Sequence record: NC_027364.1
Reading direction: 5' to 3' (one strand)
DNA length: 64,000 nt
Shown in pieces: positions 47,864 to 57,186 of this stretch (position 1 is its first letter; every line of letters begins with the position of its first letter). The position numbers and the translations under genes were made by a program. The notes beneath the pieces were generated by a model, which was not told the DNA's origin, did not search any database, and worked only from the letters and a program-made list of their open reading frames with translations.

Positions 47864-48991
47864 TTACTCTTTGTTACCATATGCCAGATTACGAATAATT
47901 TCTACAGTACTCTCATCCACAGCTTTACCTGTCTGTGATTGTAAACGATTGATAATCAAAGGAATAGTAATAGTTTGAATATCTACCATACGATTCATAT
48001 CAACTTGATATTGCTTACTTGTTGCAATAATGCTCGTTTCAGTCATGGAGGTGGTGATTCCCATTTTCATAATACGTTCTAATGTTAATTCATATTCAAA
48101 CGCATCATCCACACAACGTAGTGCGTATTCACAACCCAACTTACCATATTCAAGTTCATTTTTGATTTCATTAACTTCGTTTCTAAGTTCTGAAAACATC
48201 GTACTAAGACCACTAAACTTATTAGTGTCATACTTAACTGCTTCATTTAGTGCTTTCATCACTTTTGGCAAATCTGATGGTTGCACTTTGATATCAGTTT
48301 TACCAAACAATTTCTGTGTAAAGGTCGGCTTCAATGGGAACAACGTCTCCAACGCAACAGTAAGGTTATTCATAAGCATTCTAATATAATCACTATGCTG
48401 TTGTAATGCTGAGTTAAGATCCAATTGACGTTCTGAAATTTGTTGAATCTTAGTTCCAATTTCTTGTGCACAAACTGGTAAGTTTACAAACCAGTCTAGT
48501 ACTTTTACTGAATTCTTTTCAATAGTACTAGGGAATTCAACCCATCTTTCAATGTCATCAATTCTGCTATCGTCTGGGTTGATAGGTTTTTTCTTAAGAA
48601 CAATAGGTGCAGGTACATCTGGTGATGTTTGTACCAAGTCTAAACGTGGTTTGGCACGACCTTCTTTCCATTCACGATATTCACGCTCTAATGGCGGTAC
48701 TGGCATGTTAGGATCAATTCTAATATTACTAAAATGAATTTTATCCTTCATTAAATCAAGAACTTTCAGACGTTTATTATCAAAATAGATTTCATCTAAT
48801 GACAGAGTTTTTACATCAAATAACGGATTACCCAGCGAGTCATAGGTGCGACGTACAATTACATTGTAAATGTATTTTTTGTTTGATGAACGGTCATATT
48901 GTTTCAATAAAGAGTTCAGTACATAATTATAGTTAAATTCTTGAATCTCAACTTCTTTGCCATTTTCAATGAAAAAATATTTACCTTTCAT
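47864..48991 (-). CDS. helical protein, possibly divergent TelA-like, with extra N-terminal domain
   Basis: G.KI..IS...; F.QKLFG; I...TIP.I echo the TelA layout. Confidence 0.45.
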   Translation of the reverse strand: MKGKYFFIENGKEVEIQEFNYNYVLNSLLKQYDRSSNKKYIYNVIVRRTYDSLGNPLFDVKTLSLDEIYFDNKRLKVLDLMKDKIHFSNIRIDPNMPVPPLEREYREWKEGRAKPRLDLVQTSPDVPAPIVLKKKPINPDDSRIDDIERWVEFPSTIEKNSVKVLDWFVNLPVCAQEIGTKIQQISERQLDLNSALQQHSDYIRMLMNNLTVALETLFPLKPTFTQKLFGKTDIKVQPSDLPKVMKALNEAVKYDTNKFSGLSTMFSELRNEVNEIKNELEYGKLGCEYALRCVDDAFEYELTLERIMKMGITTSMTETSIIATSKQYQVDMNRMVDIQTITIPLIINRLQSQTGKAVDESTVEIIRNLAYGNKE

Positions 48992-49032
48992 TATAAAACC
49001 TCATAATCAATTAAAATTTACGCTATGGTGAT

Positions 49033-49061
49033 ATTGTACATACTTCGACTACACATGTCAA
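49033..49061 (-). promoter_or_regulatory. promoter TTGACA-N17-TACAAT
   Basis: motifs read directly. Confidence 0.75.
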
Positions 49062-49072
49062 CACCTGAAAAG

Positions 49073-49102
49073 AAAAAAGGACGCACCTTAGTGCATCCTT
49101 TT
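49073..49102 (-). terminator. intrinsic terminator
   Basis: AAGGATGCAC-TAAG-GTGCGTCCTT + TTTT. Confidence 0.75.
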
Positions 49103-49906
49103 GTTACTTTTATCCTTGTACCATACAAATGTCTTGACAGGTGGATATTTTTCATTCTTTGGTGGTTCAGGCATGTCGTATACAGTTGCATTTCTAAACT
49201 TAAGAATGTATGTGTCCATTAAACGGATTATACAATAGTTTAAACATTTTTGTGCTCTTTCTTTCCAAAAATGTTTATATGGTTCTGGACAACCAAGATA
49301 ATCAAGTTTATACATACTCATAGCAACTTGCATAAATCTTTGGGCCGAGAATTTTCGCTTATCAATCTTACTTGCTCTGTGTTGGTCACATGTCCAACTT
49401 GATACACCAGGCAAGTGACAAAACAAATCAAAACTAACCATACTATCAAAGTATTTGTTATGACCATGTAACTCACCATAAAATACAGCTTCTGACACAG
49501 TATCATATAATGAGAAATTTGAATGTATATGTTCATTATCAAAAATACTTTTTAAATCTTTATAAGTTTCTGGAACAGGTGGCTCAGGTAATACTTCACC
49601 GAATACTTCAACACACCATATCTTCCATAAACCTTTTGTAAATTTATTTTCTAATTCTCTATCACTATCAATATAAAAAGTTTTTTCATTTATGAAAACT
49701 TTTCTAGCCATGTATGCTTTAAAAATTGCATCTGGATCAATGTCTTCACGATTTACATCATCCCAGCCTTTACCAATTCTTGAAATTTCAAATCTACGCA
49801 TATACATACGACATGCTAAATCTTTAGTAAGGCTGCGACGATACTTTTCATCCTGATGTAATTTGGTTGTTTCGTGAAGAGATTTAAGCATATTTAAAAT
49901 TCTCAT
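49088..49906 (-). CDS. hypothetical protein
   Basis: 272-aa ORF. Confidence 0.7.
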   Translation of the reverse strand: MRILNMLKSLHETTKLHQDEKYRRSLTKDLACRMYMRRFEISRIGKGWDDVNREDIDPDAIFKAYMARKVFINEKTFYIDSDRELENKFTKGLWKIWCVEVFGEVLPEPPVPETYKDLKSIFDNEHIHSNFSLYDTVSEAVFYGELHGHNKYFDSMVSFDLFCHLPGVSSWTCDQHRASKIDKRKFSAQRFMQVAMSMYKLDYLGCPEPYKHFWKERAQKCLNYCIIRLMDTYILKFRNATVYDMPEPPKNEKYPPVKTFVWYKDKSNKRMH

Positions 49907-50583
49907 CGCAACACCAAATATTTCCCGTTTCTTCCAATTACATATTGATCACCACTTCGTAGTACTGTATAGCTTTCCCCTAGTATGGAACTAAGACGCG
50001 AAGTGTCTAATTGTGTATCATTCTTTAATAACTTTTTCACATATGTTTCTGAAACAAAACCGCTTCCAGTACTGTAATGTAATTTACCATATGCTGTTTT
50101 TAATGTCAACATGTTTCCTTCTTTGATTACTGAAACACCAGCATAATCAAGGAACTCACTAATTGAACTAGGAATACCCAAATCAATTCTCTGCTGTATT
50201 TCTTCAAAATCAACATCGATTGGGTCATTAACACCATATAGTTGTATTTTCCAACCTGGGTCTGGACAAATATTTTCAATAGTTTTAATTAAACGTAAAA
50301 GTTTTTCAGGGAATTCAGCATTTCGTTCCATTTCAACATAAACTTGATATCGACCATCTAAATTTGGTGTTTCTGCTGCTTCTGTATCAGCTACATCAAT
50401 AGGTGATTTTTCAATAAAAGAAGATAAATCATATGCTGCATCAAAATTGTTAAGTACCTGAAACATAATAACAATATTACTATCTTCAATTTTAGGAGTA
50501 TATTCATCAACACTAATGATAGGATGAATCAAATCTTTGAGAACTTGCGGACGTAAGCCTTGTTCATTTAATTTCTTTTTCAT
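49903..50583 (-). CDS. conserved jumbo-phage hypothetical protein
   Basis: EGLRP..LKDLI...ISVDEY.PK......IV..F pattern. Confidence 0.75.
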   Translation of the reverse strand: MKKKLNEQGLRPQVLKDLIHPIISVDEYTPKIEDSNIVIMFQVLNNFDAAYDLSSFIEKSPIDVADTEAAETPNLDGRYQVYVEMERNAEFPEKLLRLIKTIENICPDPGWKIQLYGVNDPIDVDFEEIQQRIDLGIPSSISEFLDYAGVSVIKEGNMLTLKTAYGKLHYSTGSGFVSETYVKKLLKNDTQLDTSRLSSILGESYTVLRSGDQYVIGRNGKYLVLR

Positions 50584-51146
50584 TACATTCCACCTTCTTG
50601 TGTCTCATCCGTTACTTCTACATCTAAATCCACATCATCACCAGTTACAGGTTCTTCAATATTCTCAGGAGAATTCATTGGATTACTATTGAATTCTGCT
50701 GCCATTAGTTTATATTCATCAAAACTTTCTGGATTAATCAAGTTTCGTGGAATCTGCACTCTAACCAATAGTACTGGGATTCTTTCATTTTTTGGTATAC
50801 GTACAGAGCCAGATTGTGTCGCTACACTTTTCATGTCAGCTTGACGATTTGGTTCTTTAATAGGAGTTATTTCATAATCAGCTTTAACATATACTTTAGT
50901 TCCATGTTTCTCTAAAATAGAGAATGCGGTAGGATCGGGAAAATTTTCACGATAGTATTTAAATGTAACAGTACACCAATACTTACTTACAATTGGCCCC
51001 TCTACCAACTCACCCTCAATAATTCCTTTATACGCATATAAATCATTATCATCGAAATATTTCTCTACAGCAAGAAGTATATCTAACATACCACTGTTAT
51101 CATACAACTGCTGAATAGCATTATCTGTATAATCTAAATCGTCCAT
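50583..51146 (-). CDS. conserved jumbo-phage hypothetical protein
   Basis: LD.LL..E.YFD..DLYAY....GELVEGP...KYW..VTF pattern. Confidence 0.75.
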   Translation of the reverse strand: MDDLDYTDNAIQQLYDNSGMLDILLAVEKYFDDNDLYAYKGIIEGELVEGPIVSKYWCTVTFKYYRENFPDPTAFSILEKHGTKVYVKADYEITPIKEPNRQADMKSVATQSGSVRIPKNERIPVLLVRVQIPRNLINPESFDEYKLMAAEFNSNPMNSPENIEEPVTGDDVDLDVEVTDETQEGGM

Positions 51147-51207
51147 ATTTTATATTATCCTTAAAAACTAGCACATATAATACTATTTACTACTTTTAAA
51201 ATACAAC

Positions 51208-51230
51208 AAAAGGGGTTTGAATCAAACCCC
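51208..51230 (-). terminator. intrinsic terminator
   Basis: GGGGTTTGA-T-TCAAACCCC + TTTT. Confidence 0.7.
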
Positions 51231-51242
51231 AATTTAAAAGTT

Positions 51243-51887
51243 TTATTTGTAATATTTACCTAGTACTGAATAAATTTTCAGTCTAAGTTCTGTCCAGTTT
51301 TCGATATATTCAAAACCACTATGATTCTTATACATAGTATTATGAGAACATCCCATCATAACTGATGGAATACCAAGACCCATAGCAGTTTCAATATTAT
51401 TGATATAATCATCAATCATTAGTTTTACATCATATCGTGTTTGTAAATCCTCTAATGCTTCTTTCTTTGATTCATTCATTTCTATGATAATAATCTCATC
51501 AAAGCAGTTTTCACCAAATTCACGCATTAGATTTACATTTCGTAAAACTTCACCATAGCCTTTTTTACCACATTTTGTGAGTACTACGAATTTTTCTTTA
51601 TGAAAACGATCACGTAGCTCTTGTACAATATCAACTGTATTTGGTTCGACTGGCTTTAACAACCCAAACAAATATGATTGTTGGTTGAACTGTTCAAGAA
51701 TCTTTTTAACTTCAGGTTGAGGAACACCCAACCAGTCTGATAAATCATATTCTAATGGGTATGGTGTTGATGGTGTGATATTATAAGTTTGTTTTACAAA
51801 CTCAGAAAGCATACCCATATGGTCCAATAGAACTTCATCACAATCAAAAACTATACAACGTGGTTTCATTACATGTTCCCCGAACAA
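51243..51887 (-). CDS. HAD-superfamily 5'(3')-deoxyribonucleotidase-like protein
   Basis: motif I FDCDEVLLD, K, motif IV IDD..N. Confidence 0.75.
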   Translation of the reverse strand: MFGEHVMKPRCIVFDCDEVLLDHMGMLSEFVKQTYNITPSTPYPLEYDLSDWLGVPQPEVKKILEQFNQQSYLFGLLKPVEPNTVDIVQELRDRFHKEKFVVLTKCGKKGYGEVLRNVNLMREFGENCFDEIIIIEMNESKKEALEDLQTRYDVKLMIDDYINNIETAMGLGIPSVMMGCSHNTMYKNHSGFEYIENWTELRLKIYSVLGKYYK

Positions 51888-52822
51888 ATTAGGTCAATCT
51901 CACACAGTAAAGCACTAAGATTCATTTCACGGTCTGATACTGTTGCTTGCTTAACAACTGCATCACGAATTTTAACTTTAATCTTCATCAGTGTGATTTC
52001 ATCAGTACTGAACATTTCAGCATTTCTGTACAAGTAAGAGAAAAATGCATCCATCTCATCATCAGGGATATTTTGTACAATTTGTTCACGCATTTGGCGA
52101 ATGTTGCCTGCCTTTAATGCTTCAACAATTGCAGTACGATACCCTGCTGAATTTTCAATACTATCTTCAAGTTTTACTAGCTTACCATCAACAACTGAAC
52201 TTTGCAATACGTTTAGTGTTTTACGGAAATCAGGATAGGAAGCATTGATGTACTTTTGAACTTGTTCAACACTATCATCACTACTCAAATCAACACCTTC
52301 TGCTAGAAGAATATTATAAATTCGAGTCATGAATTGTTCCATATCATGCTTTTCGATTGTAATAACTTGAACACGAGAAATGATAGGTTTTTGAATTTTA
52401 TGTGGTTCGTTACTTGTTAAAATAAAGCGAGCATTTTCATGATAGTCTTCCATTACACGTTTCAAACTACCTTGTGCTTTGTGGTTCATCTGCTCCATTT
52501 CTTCAAGAACAAAAATACGATATCTACCAAAACATGATAGCTTTGCTGCGGCATCGATTTTGTCACGAACAGCATCAATGCCTTCATCGGACATGTTAAG
52601 CGTGGTCACATCACTTGGATCAAGGTGTCCATTTTGAACTAGTCCATTAATTAGTACTTTGATCGCAGATGTTTTACCAGTTCCTGCTGGGCCAAAAAAC
52701 CCAATATGTGGAATGTCACCAGTCTTAATCCATTCTTCCATTTTCTGGCGTAGTGCATCGTTTTTTGATACATAATCTTCCATTGATTGTGGGCGATATT
52801 TTTCAGTCCATAGTGTGGTCAT
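51869..52822 (-). CDS. clamp loader subunit (RFC / T4 gp44-like AAA+ ATPase)
   Basis: LWTEKYRP, GPAGTGKT, LEEME, SR; start MTTLW (ORF track gives 52858). Confidence 0.92.
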   Translation of the reverse strand: MTTLWTEKYRPQSMEDYVSKNDALRQKMEEWIKTGDIPHIGFFGPAGTGKTSAIKVLINGLVQNGHLDPSDVTTLNMSDEGIDAVRDKIDAAAKLSCFGRYRIFVLEEMEQMNHKAQGSLKRVMEDYHENARFILTSNEPHKIQKPIISRVQVITIEKHDMEQFMTRIYNILLAEGVDLSSDDSVEQVQKYINASYPDFRKTLNVLQSSVVDGKLVKLEDSIENSAGYRTAIVEALKAGNIRQMREQIVQNIPDDEMDAFFSYLYRNAEMFSTDEITLMKIKVKIRDAVVKQATVSDREMNLSALLCEIDLICSGNM

Positions 52823-52845
52823 TTGTATTTCCTTATGTGTACGTG

Positions 52846-53118
52846 TTATAGAATCCAATCGGCTGAATTATATAATAAAGCCGTGAAAAGTTCTTCTGTC
52901 ATTTCCAATTGATTTAATAAAAAATTAAAAGAATTTGCCTTATTTTTAATCCCAGTACTTTCAGCTTGGGCTGATGCAACTAATAAAACTTTAAACATAT
53001 CATGTGAAACTTCATATACATATTTGGTATTTTTTCTATCTTCAAACATGAATCTTCCGTTTTTAGATACTAATGTTACATCCTTGAAACTAAATTTTCC
53101 ATCATCAGTTATCATCAA
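52846..53118 (-). CDS. hypothetical protein
   Basis: 90-aa ORF. Confidence 0.6.
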   Translation of the reverse strand: MMITDDGKFSFKDVTLVSKNGRFMFEDRKNTKYVYEVSHDMFKVLLVASAQAESTGIKNKANSFNFLLNQLEMTEELFTALLYNSADWIL

Positions 53119-53131
53119 AATCTGTCCAAAT

Positions 53132-53159
53132 AAAAAGCCCAGATATTCATCCGAGCTTT
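53132..53159 (-). terminator. intrinsic terminator
   Basis: AAAGCTCGGA/TCTGGGCTTT + TT. Confidence 0.6.
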
Positions 53160-53171
53160 AATTATATTTTA

Positions 53172-53498
53172 TTAACGACCAAAGGTTAGCATTTTAGTTC
53201 GTGGATCTTCATCTGAAACTAAACTAACTGCGGCTGGATAATCAACCAAGTTTAATTCAATACCATCAACTTCAATAGTTCTTGACCATCGACCATGATC
53301 AATTAAAATCCATTGACCTTCTTTAATATCAGTAATGTCTTCGCCTACAGAATAAACTTTTGCCCAGCGAGAACGAATACCTCTAATTTTACCGTCATCG
53401 TTTGTTAAAACGATACCACCTGCTGTTTTGCGTTCACCATGTTCCAGTTCAGTTACCAGTACTTTACCTTTACATGCAGTCATTACTTTATTAGTCAT
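53172..53498 (-). CDS. groES: GroES-like co-chaperonin
   Basis: KVLV...E.KTAGGIVL...V.SVG....D+K.G..+L. Confidence 0.8.
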   Translation of the reverse strand: MTNKVMTACKGKVLVTELEHGERKTAGGIVLTNDDGKIRGIRSRWAKVYSVGEDITDIKEGQWILIDHGRWSRTIEVDGIELNLVDYPAAVSLVSDEDPRTKMLTFGR

Positions 53499-53506
53499 TT
53501 AATATA

Positions 53507-53851
53507 TTACTCCTGATCTTTGGTTCTAGCTCGACGTGGTGCTTTCTTCTCTTCAGAAACCTCAGCTTCTTGTTCTTCGGGCTTAACTTCAAAACTCTCA
53601 TCATCCCATACTTCATCCGTACCATGTTCAGTACTATGAAGTTGATGTTCAGGGATATAATCAGGAATTTGCATTTCTCGTTCTTTTTCTTGAATCAACT
53701 CTTCACGAGTTTTAATAATTGTTCCACCTGAACCGATTTTATCACCACGTGCGTTTAAATTAGCATTACCTAATGCTACCTGATGTTGATTTTGGTACTT
53801 GAGCATATCCATGTCAATTGTTGTACCACGATAAGTTGTATGTTTAGACAT
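53507..53851 (-). CDS. conserved hypothetical protein adjacent to GroES
   Basis: G..IDM..L...N....ALGN...NARGD.IG.GG.I. Confidence 0.7.
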   Translation of the reverse strand: MSKHTTYRGTTIDMDMLKYQNQHQVALGNANLNARGDKIGSGGTIIKTREELIQEKEREMQIPDYIPEHQLHSTEHGTDEVWDDESFEVKPEEQEAEVSEEKKAPRRARTKDQE

Positions 53852-53914
53852 ATCAAAATCCTTTTATTGTATGTGTGATATAAGCCTACAATAAACATTA
53901 TATCACATGTTTTT

Positions 53915-54433
53915 CTACCATTTCAAAAATTCGTTAACATCAAGTTCGTACTTCAATGAATCTACCATATGTAGTCCAATCAAAAACAAACAGTATGATG
54001 CAACAGAGCTTCCACGACCTAGACCCCAAAAGATCTCATTTTCTTCCATATAATCAACAAGCCATATCATACATCTTAGTAGCTTTGTCATATTATAATA
54101 TTCATATAAATCAAGTTCATACTCAACACGTTTTCGTGCTTCATCGGATGTGCATTTTTGTAAGAAAAAGTCACGCAGATTTATATTGTCGTATACTGGA
54201 TCATATCGCCACAGTTCATGATTTTTATCATGCTCAATTGTATAATCCAGCATACGTTGTTCTAAGCCAAATTTTTTACAGTTATCATTGAATTTCAACC
54301 TTTCAGGTTCATCAATTTCCTGCAATTGTAAGTACTGGATATCTGCACCGCAATTGATTGCATAAACAACTGCGTTAAGATTACATTTCACATCACCATT
54401 GGGACTTATAAATCTGTTTCCTTGTACTTTCAT
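53915..54433 (-). CDS. DNA polymerase III alpha (DnaE) fragment-like protein
   Basis: RVEYEL...GLGRGSSVASY.LFLIG+H.+D.LKY.L...EFLK matches the DnaE palm N-half. Confidence 0.75.
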   Translation of the reverse strand: MKVQGNRFISPNGDVKCNLNAVVYAINCGADIQYLQLQEIDEPERLKFNDNCKKFGLEQRMLDYTIEHDKNHELWRYDPVYDNINLRDFFLQKCTSDEARKRVEYELDLYEYYNMTKLLRCMIWLVDYMEENEIFWGLGRGSSVASYCLFLIGLHMVDSLKYELDVNEFLKW

Positions 54434-54704
54434 TTTTCTTCTTCTGGGCCTCTTCGTTGTCAGTTAGATATGAATCCATATCGAAGATACATGGGTCTTC
54501 TTCGTCATAAACAGTTTTTTCTTTTTGTCCTTGGCGAAGTTCTAGTTCAGCATAACATTGATTTAAGACAGTTTGCATATTACCAATAATCATGTCGCTT
54601 AGGCCAGCAGCACGAGCAGAAGTTAAACGCATTGACTGTTCATTAATTTTTAACTGTAGTTCTTTTTCCGTCATTCCAGACGGGTCAAAAAACGGATTAA
54701 ACAT
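54393..54704 (-). CDS. hypothetical protein
   Basis: MFNP...L..EL..KI pattern; AGGAGG SD. Confidence 0.7.
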   Translation of the reverse strand: MFNPFFDPSGMTEKELQLKINEQSMRLTSARAAGLSDMIIGNMQTVLNQCYAELELRQGQKEKTVYDEEDPCIFDMDSYLTDNEEAQKKKNESTRKQIYKSQW

Positions 54705-54705
54705 A

Positions 54706-57099
54706 TTAACCTCCTATGTTATTGTTTTGCAATGTAATCAAAAATGTATCTGAAACATAATTCACTGATTCATGCGAAAAGTATCCGAATTCAACCGATG
54801 TGATTTCGAACTCTACACCTACCATTGTACCATGTTCATTGTTCTGAAGTAAAGTGTTGAAAAATGCTTCACCTTTGCCTGGTTGACAATATGCAACTGG
54901 AATGATAGGCATGAATTTTTTCTGTATACCATCTTCAATGTATGGGTGATTCATAAATCTTGGGACCGTATCAAGCATTTCATCACTGATACTTGGTATC
55001 GCATCAACGTATAGACCACGATTTTGTAAATCGGTTGGGTCTTTTACTAAGTTGGTTGTGTCTTCACCAATAGCCTGAAAAATATTTTGTCGTAAACCAA
55101 ATAATTCACCAAGCTGACCGTTGTCGATTTGAGTATATTGACGTGGATTTTTGGATACAGATACTAAAGAACCTTCAGGTAAAACCTCTCTATATAATAG
55201 ATCATATTGTAAGTTACCTTGATTGTCAAGTGCTGATATTATTTTATAATTACCCATTACCATTTTAAATTTTCCATTTGGAATAGTAGTTCCATTTGGG
55301 TTAATTATACTATTTCTCAATACTTTCTTGATATCAGAAAGGTTAGTATATGGATACGTTTGACTTAGGAAGTTTTCTTTCAATAACATCTTCGGTATTT
55401 TCTGAAGACCATATCTATTGTCAGATTGTCGGAAAAATAGTTGATTAGTGAATGATGAAGTACTTATACATTTAAACCATTCTCTCTCAAATGCAACCGA
55501 AGGTAATACATGTGCACTCAAATAATTCTGTCCGAATCCTCTTACAATCTTAAGGTTAAATATTTTTCTTGCTTCACCACCTTCAGTACTAAATGCTTTA
55601 ACATAAAACGATAATTTAATATCATCATTTTCACTAAAATCAATACTTTTGGCATATGCAGTTCCTACAAGATATCCATCTGGTGTCAAATCTATCCCAT
55701 ACTTTCTAATGTCATCACCACCATCTAAAACATACGAAACTTGATTAGAGCTATCAGTTTCAATTTTAGGATATATACTGTCTCCAAAATATTCACCAAC
55801 ATGTATGGTTCCTAAATCACTATCAGTAATAAAGTTTATATTATTACCTTCTTCTGCGTTTATCAAAACCCTGAACATTTTTTGCATACCAATGATATTA
55901 TCACCAAGAGTAGAGTCATAATATCCTAAATCAATCCAATCACTACTATCATAAACGGGCTTAATTGTTCCATTATCGTATTCACCACTAATTACGTATG
56001 GATACACAACATTATCTTTTAATTGATATAAATGATTGGGTAGTGGTTTTTCTGAAATAGAATATATAGTATCTATGTCTTCAGGACAAACCCACATTTG
56101 ATATGCTTTATATCGTTGATTGATAGCAAACCTTTCACTTTCTTCGGTGTATGTACTTAATATATCAACAATCTCAACTTTAAAATATGCATCACAAGCA
56201 TCTGAGTCATATAAAAATGTTTGCAATAATTGCCCATTTGGGTTGAACACCATTCCAGTGTCAATTAAATTACCATTTCTATTTTGAATATTAACTTTTA
56301 CTTCTTTGTTTATACCAGAAATAGGCCATGTTGATTGTGCTGGCTTGAATACTGCGAAATCATTCGTAATATGTTTATCTGGAACTTCAGAAATATCCAT
56401 GTCAATCAAACGATATGCTGGAAAAAAGACACGAGGTGTAATATCAGTAGTCATGTCAGTACCCAAAATGAAAGGTCGTCTTCTTCCAAATCCTTGAACG
56501 AACAATGTACTGTTGGAGCCATACTCAACATCACCAATACAATAAAGCTTTTTGTCATCACCAATCTCAACTCCGGGTGTAACCCAAACTTCTTGACTAT
56601 CATATGTTATTGATGTATCAGTTAATCCTAGAACACCACTTGGTGAAATATTTCCAAAATACATAACATTTACTGCTTGTAAATAAAAATTTATAATTTC
56701 TGTATTATTATAGGTTCCATCATTTTTACAATGAATTTTTATAAAATAAACATCTTCACTATTAGTACTTGCAGATAAGTTAAATTCATTTTTGCTGATT
56801 TTACACTTATGCTTACCATTTACTAATTTATTACCAGTTGTACCATCTGAAATAGGAACAAAAGTATTTTCGTCATTACCAACATAAAAAGTATAATGTG
56901 GTTCTGGATCAAATACAGCACCTGAACTATCCAAGCATTGTATGTTAAGAATCATTTCTAAGTATTCATCTTCATTTAATACATAGCTATCATCCGTTGT
57001 GCTTTCTTTATTGATACTCAAACGCACAAGAATGTCTTGTCCTTCTTGTATATATCGAGCATCGGCTTTTATATCCCATCGTGGGGTAAAAGTTGTCAT
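54706..57099 (-). CDS. probable virion baseplate wedge/structural protein
   Basis: about 797 aa; FITDSDLGTI...SY.L..G....G+.L..DG.L.G Ig-like repeat; TATAAATA upstream; start MTTF with GGAG SD. Confidence 0.6.
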   Translation of the reverse strand: MTTFTPRWDIKADARYIQEGQDILVRLSINKESTTDDSYVLNEDEYLEMILNIQCLDSSGAVFDPEPHYTFYVGNDENTFVPISDGTTGNKLVNGKHKCKISKNEFNLSASTNSEDVYFIKIHCKNDGTYNNTEIINFYLQAVNVMYFGNISPSGVLGLTDTSITYDSQEVWVTPGVEIGDDKKLYCIGDVEYGSNSTLFVQGFGRRRPFILGTDMTTDITPRVFFPAYRLIDMDISEVPDKHITNDFAVFKPAQSTWPISGINKEVKVNIQNRNGNLIDTGMVFNPNGQLLQTFLYDSDACDAYFKVEIVDILSTYTEESERFAINQRYKAYQMWVCPEDIDTIYSISEKPLPNHLYQLKDNVVYPYVISGEYDNGTIKPVYDSSDWIDLGYYDSTLGDNIIGMQKMFRVLINAEEGNNINFITDSDLGTIHVGEYFGDSIYPKIETDSSNQVSYVLDGGDDIRKYGIDLTPDGYLVGTAYAKSIDFSENDDIKLSFYVKAFSTEGGEARKIFNLKIVRGFGQNYLSAHVLPSVAFEREWFKCISTSSFTNQLFFRQSDNRYGLQKIPKMLLKENFLSQTYPYTNLSDIKKVLRNSIINPNGTTIPNGKFKMVMGNYKIISALDNQGNLQYDLLYREVLPEGSLVSVSKNPRQYTQIDNGQLGELFGLRQNIFQAIGEDTTNLVKDPTDLQNRGLYVDAIPSISDEMLDTVPRFMNHPYIEDGIQKKFMPIIPVAYCQPGKGEAFFNTLLQNNEHGTMVGVEFEITSVEFGYFSHESVNYVSDTFLITLQNNNIGG

Positions 57100-57137
57100 T
57101 ATAATTCTCCATAGCCAAGCTGCCATTATCTATAGAT

Positions 57138-57145
57138 TATTTATA
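57138..57145 (-). promoter_or_regulatory. T4-type late promoter TATAAATA
   Basis: exact T4 late consensus upstream of a structural gene. Confidence 0.65.
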
Positions 57146-57186
57146 TAAAGGACAAGGAAGACCCATAAGGTCTTCCATTAAATATA

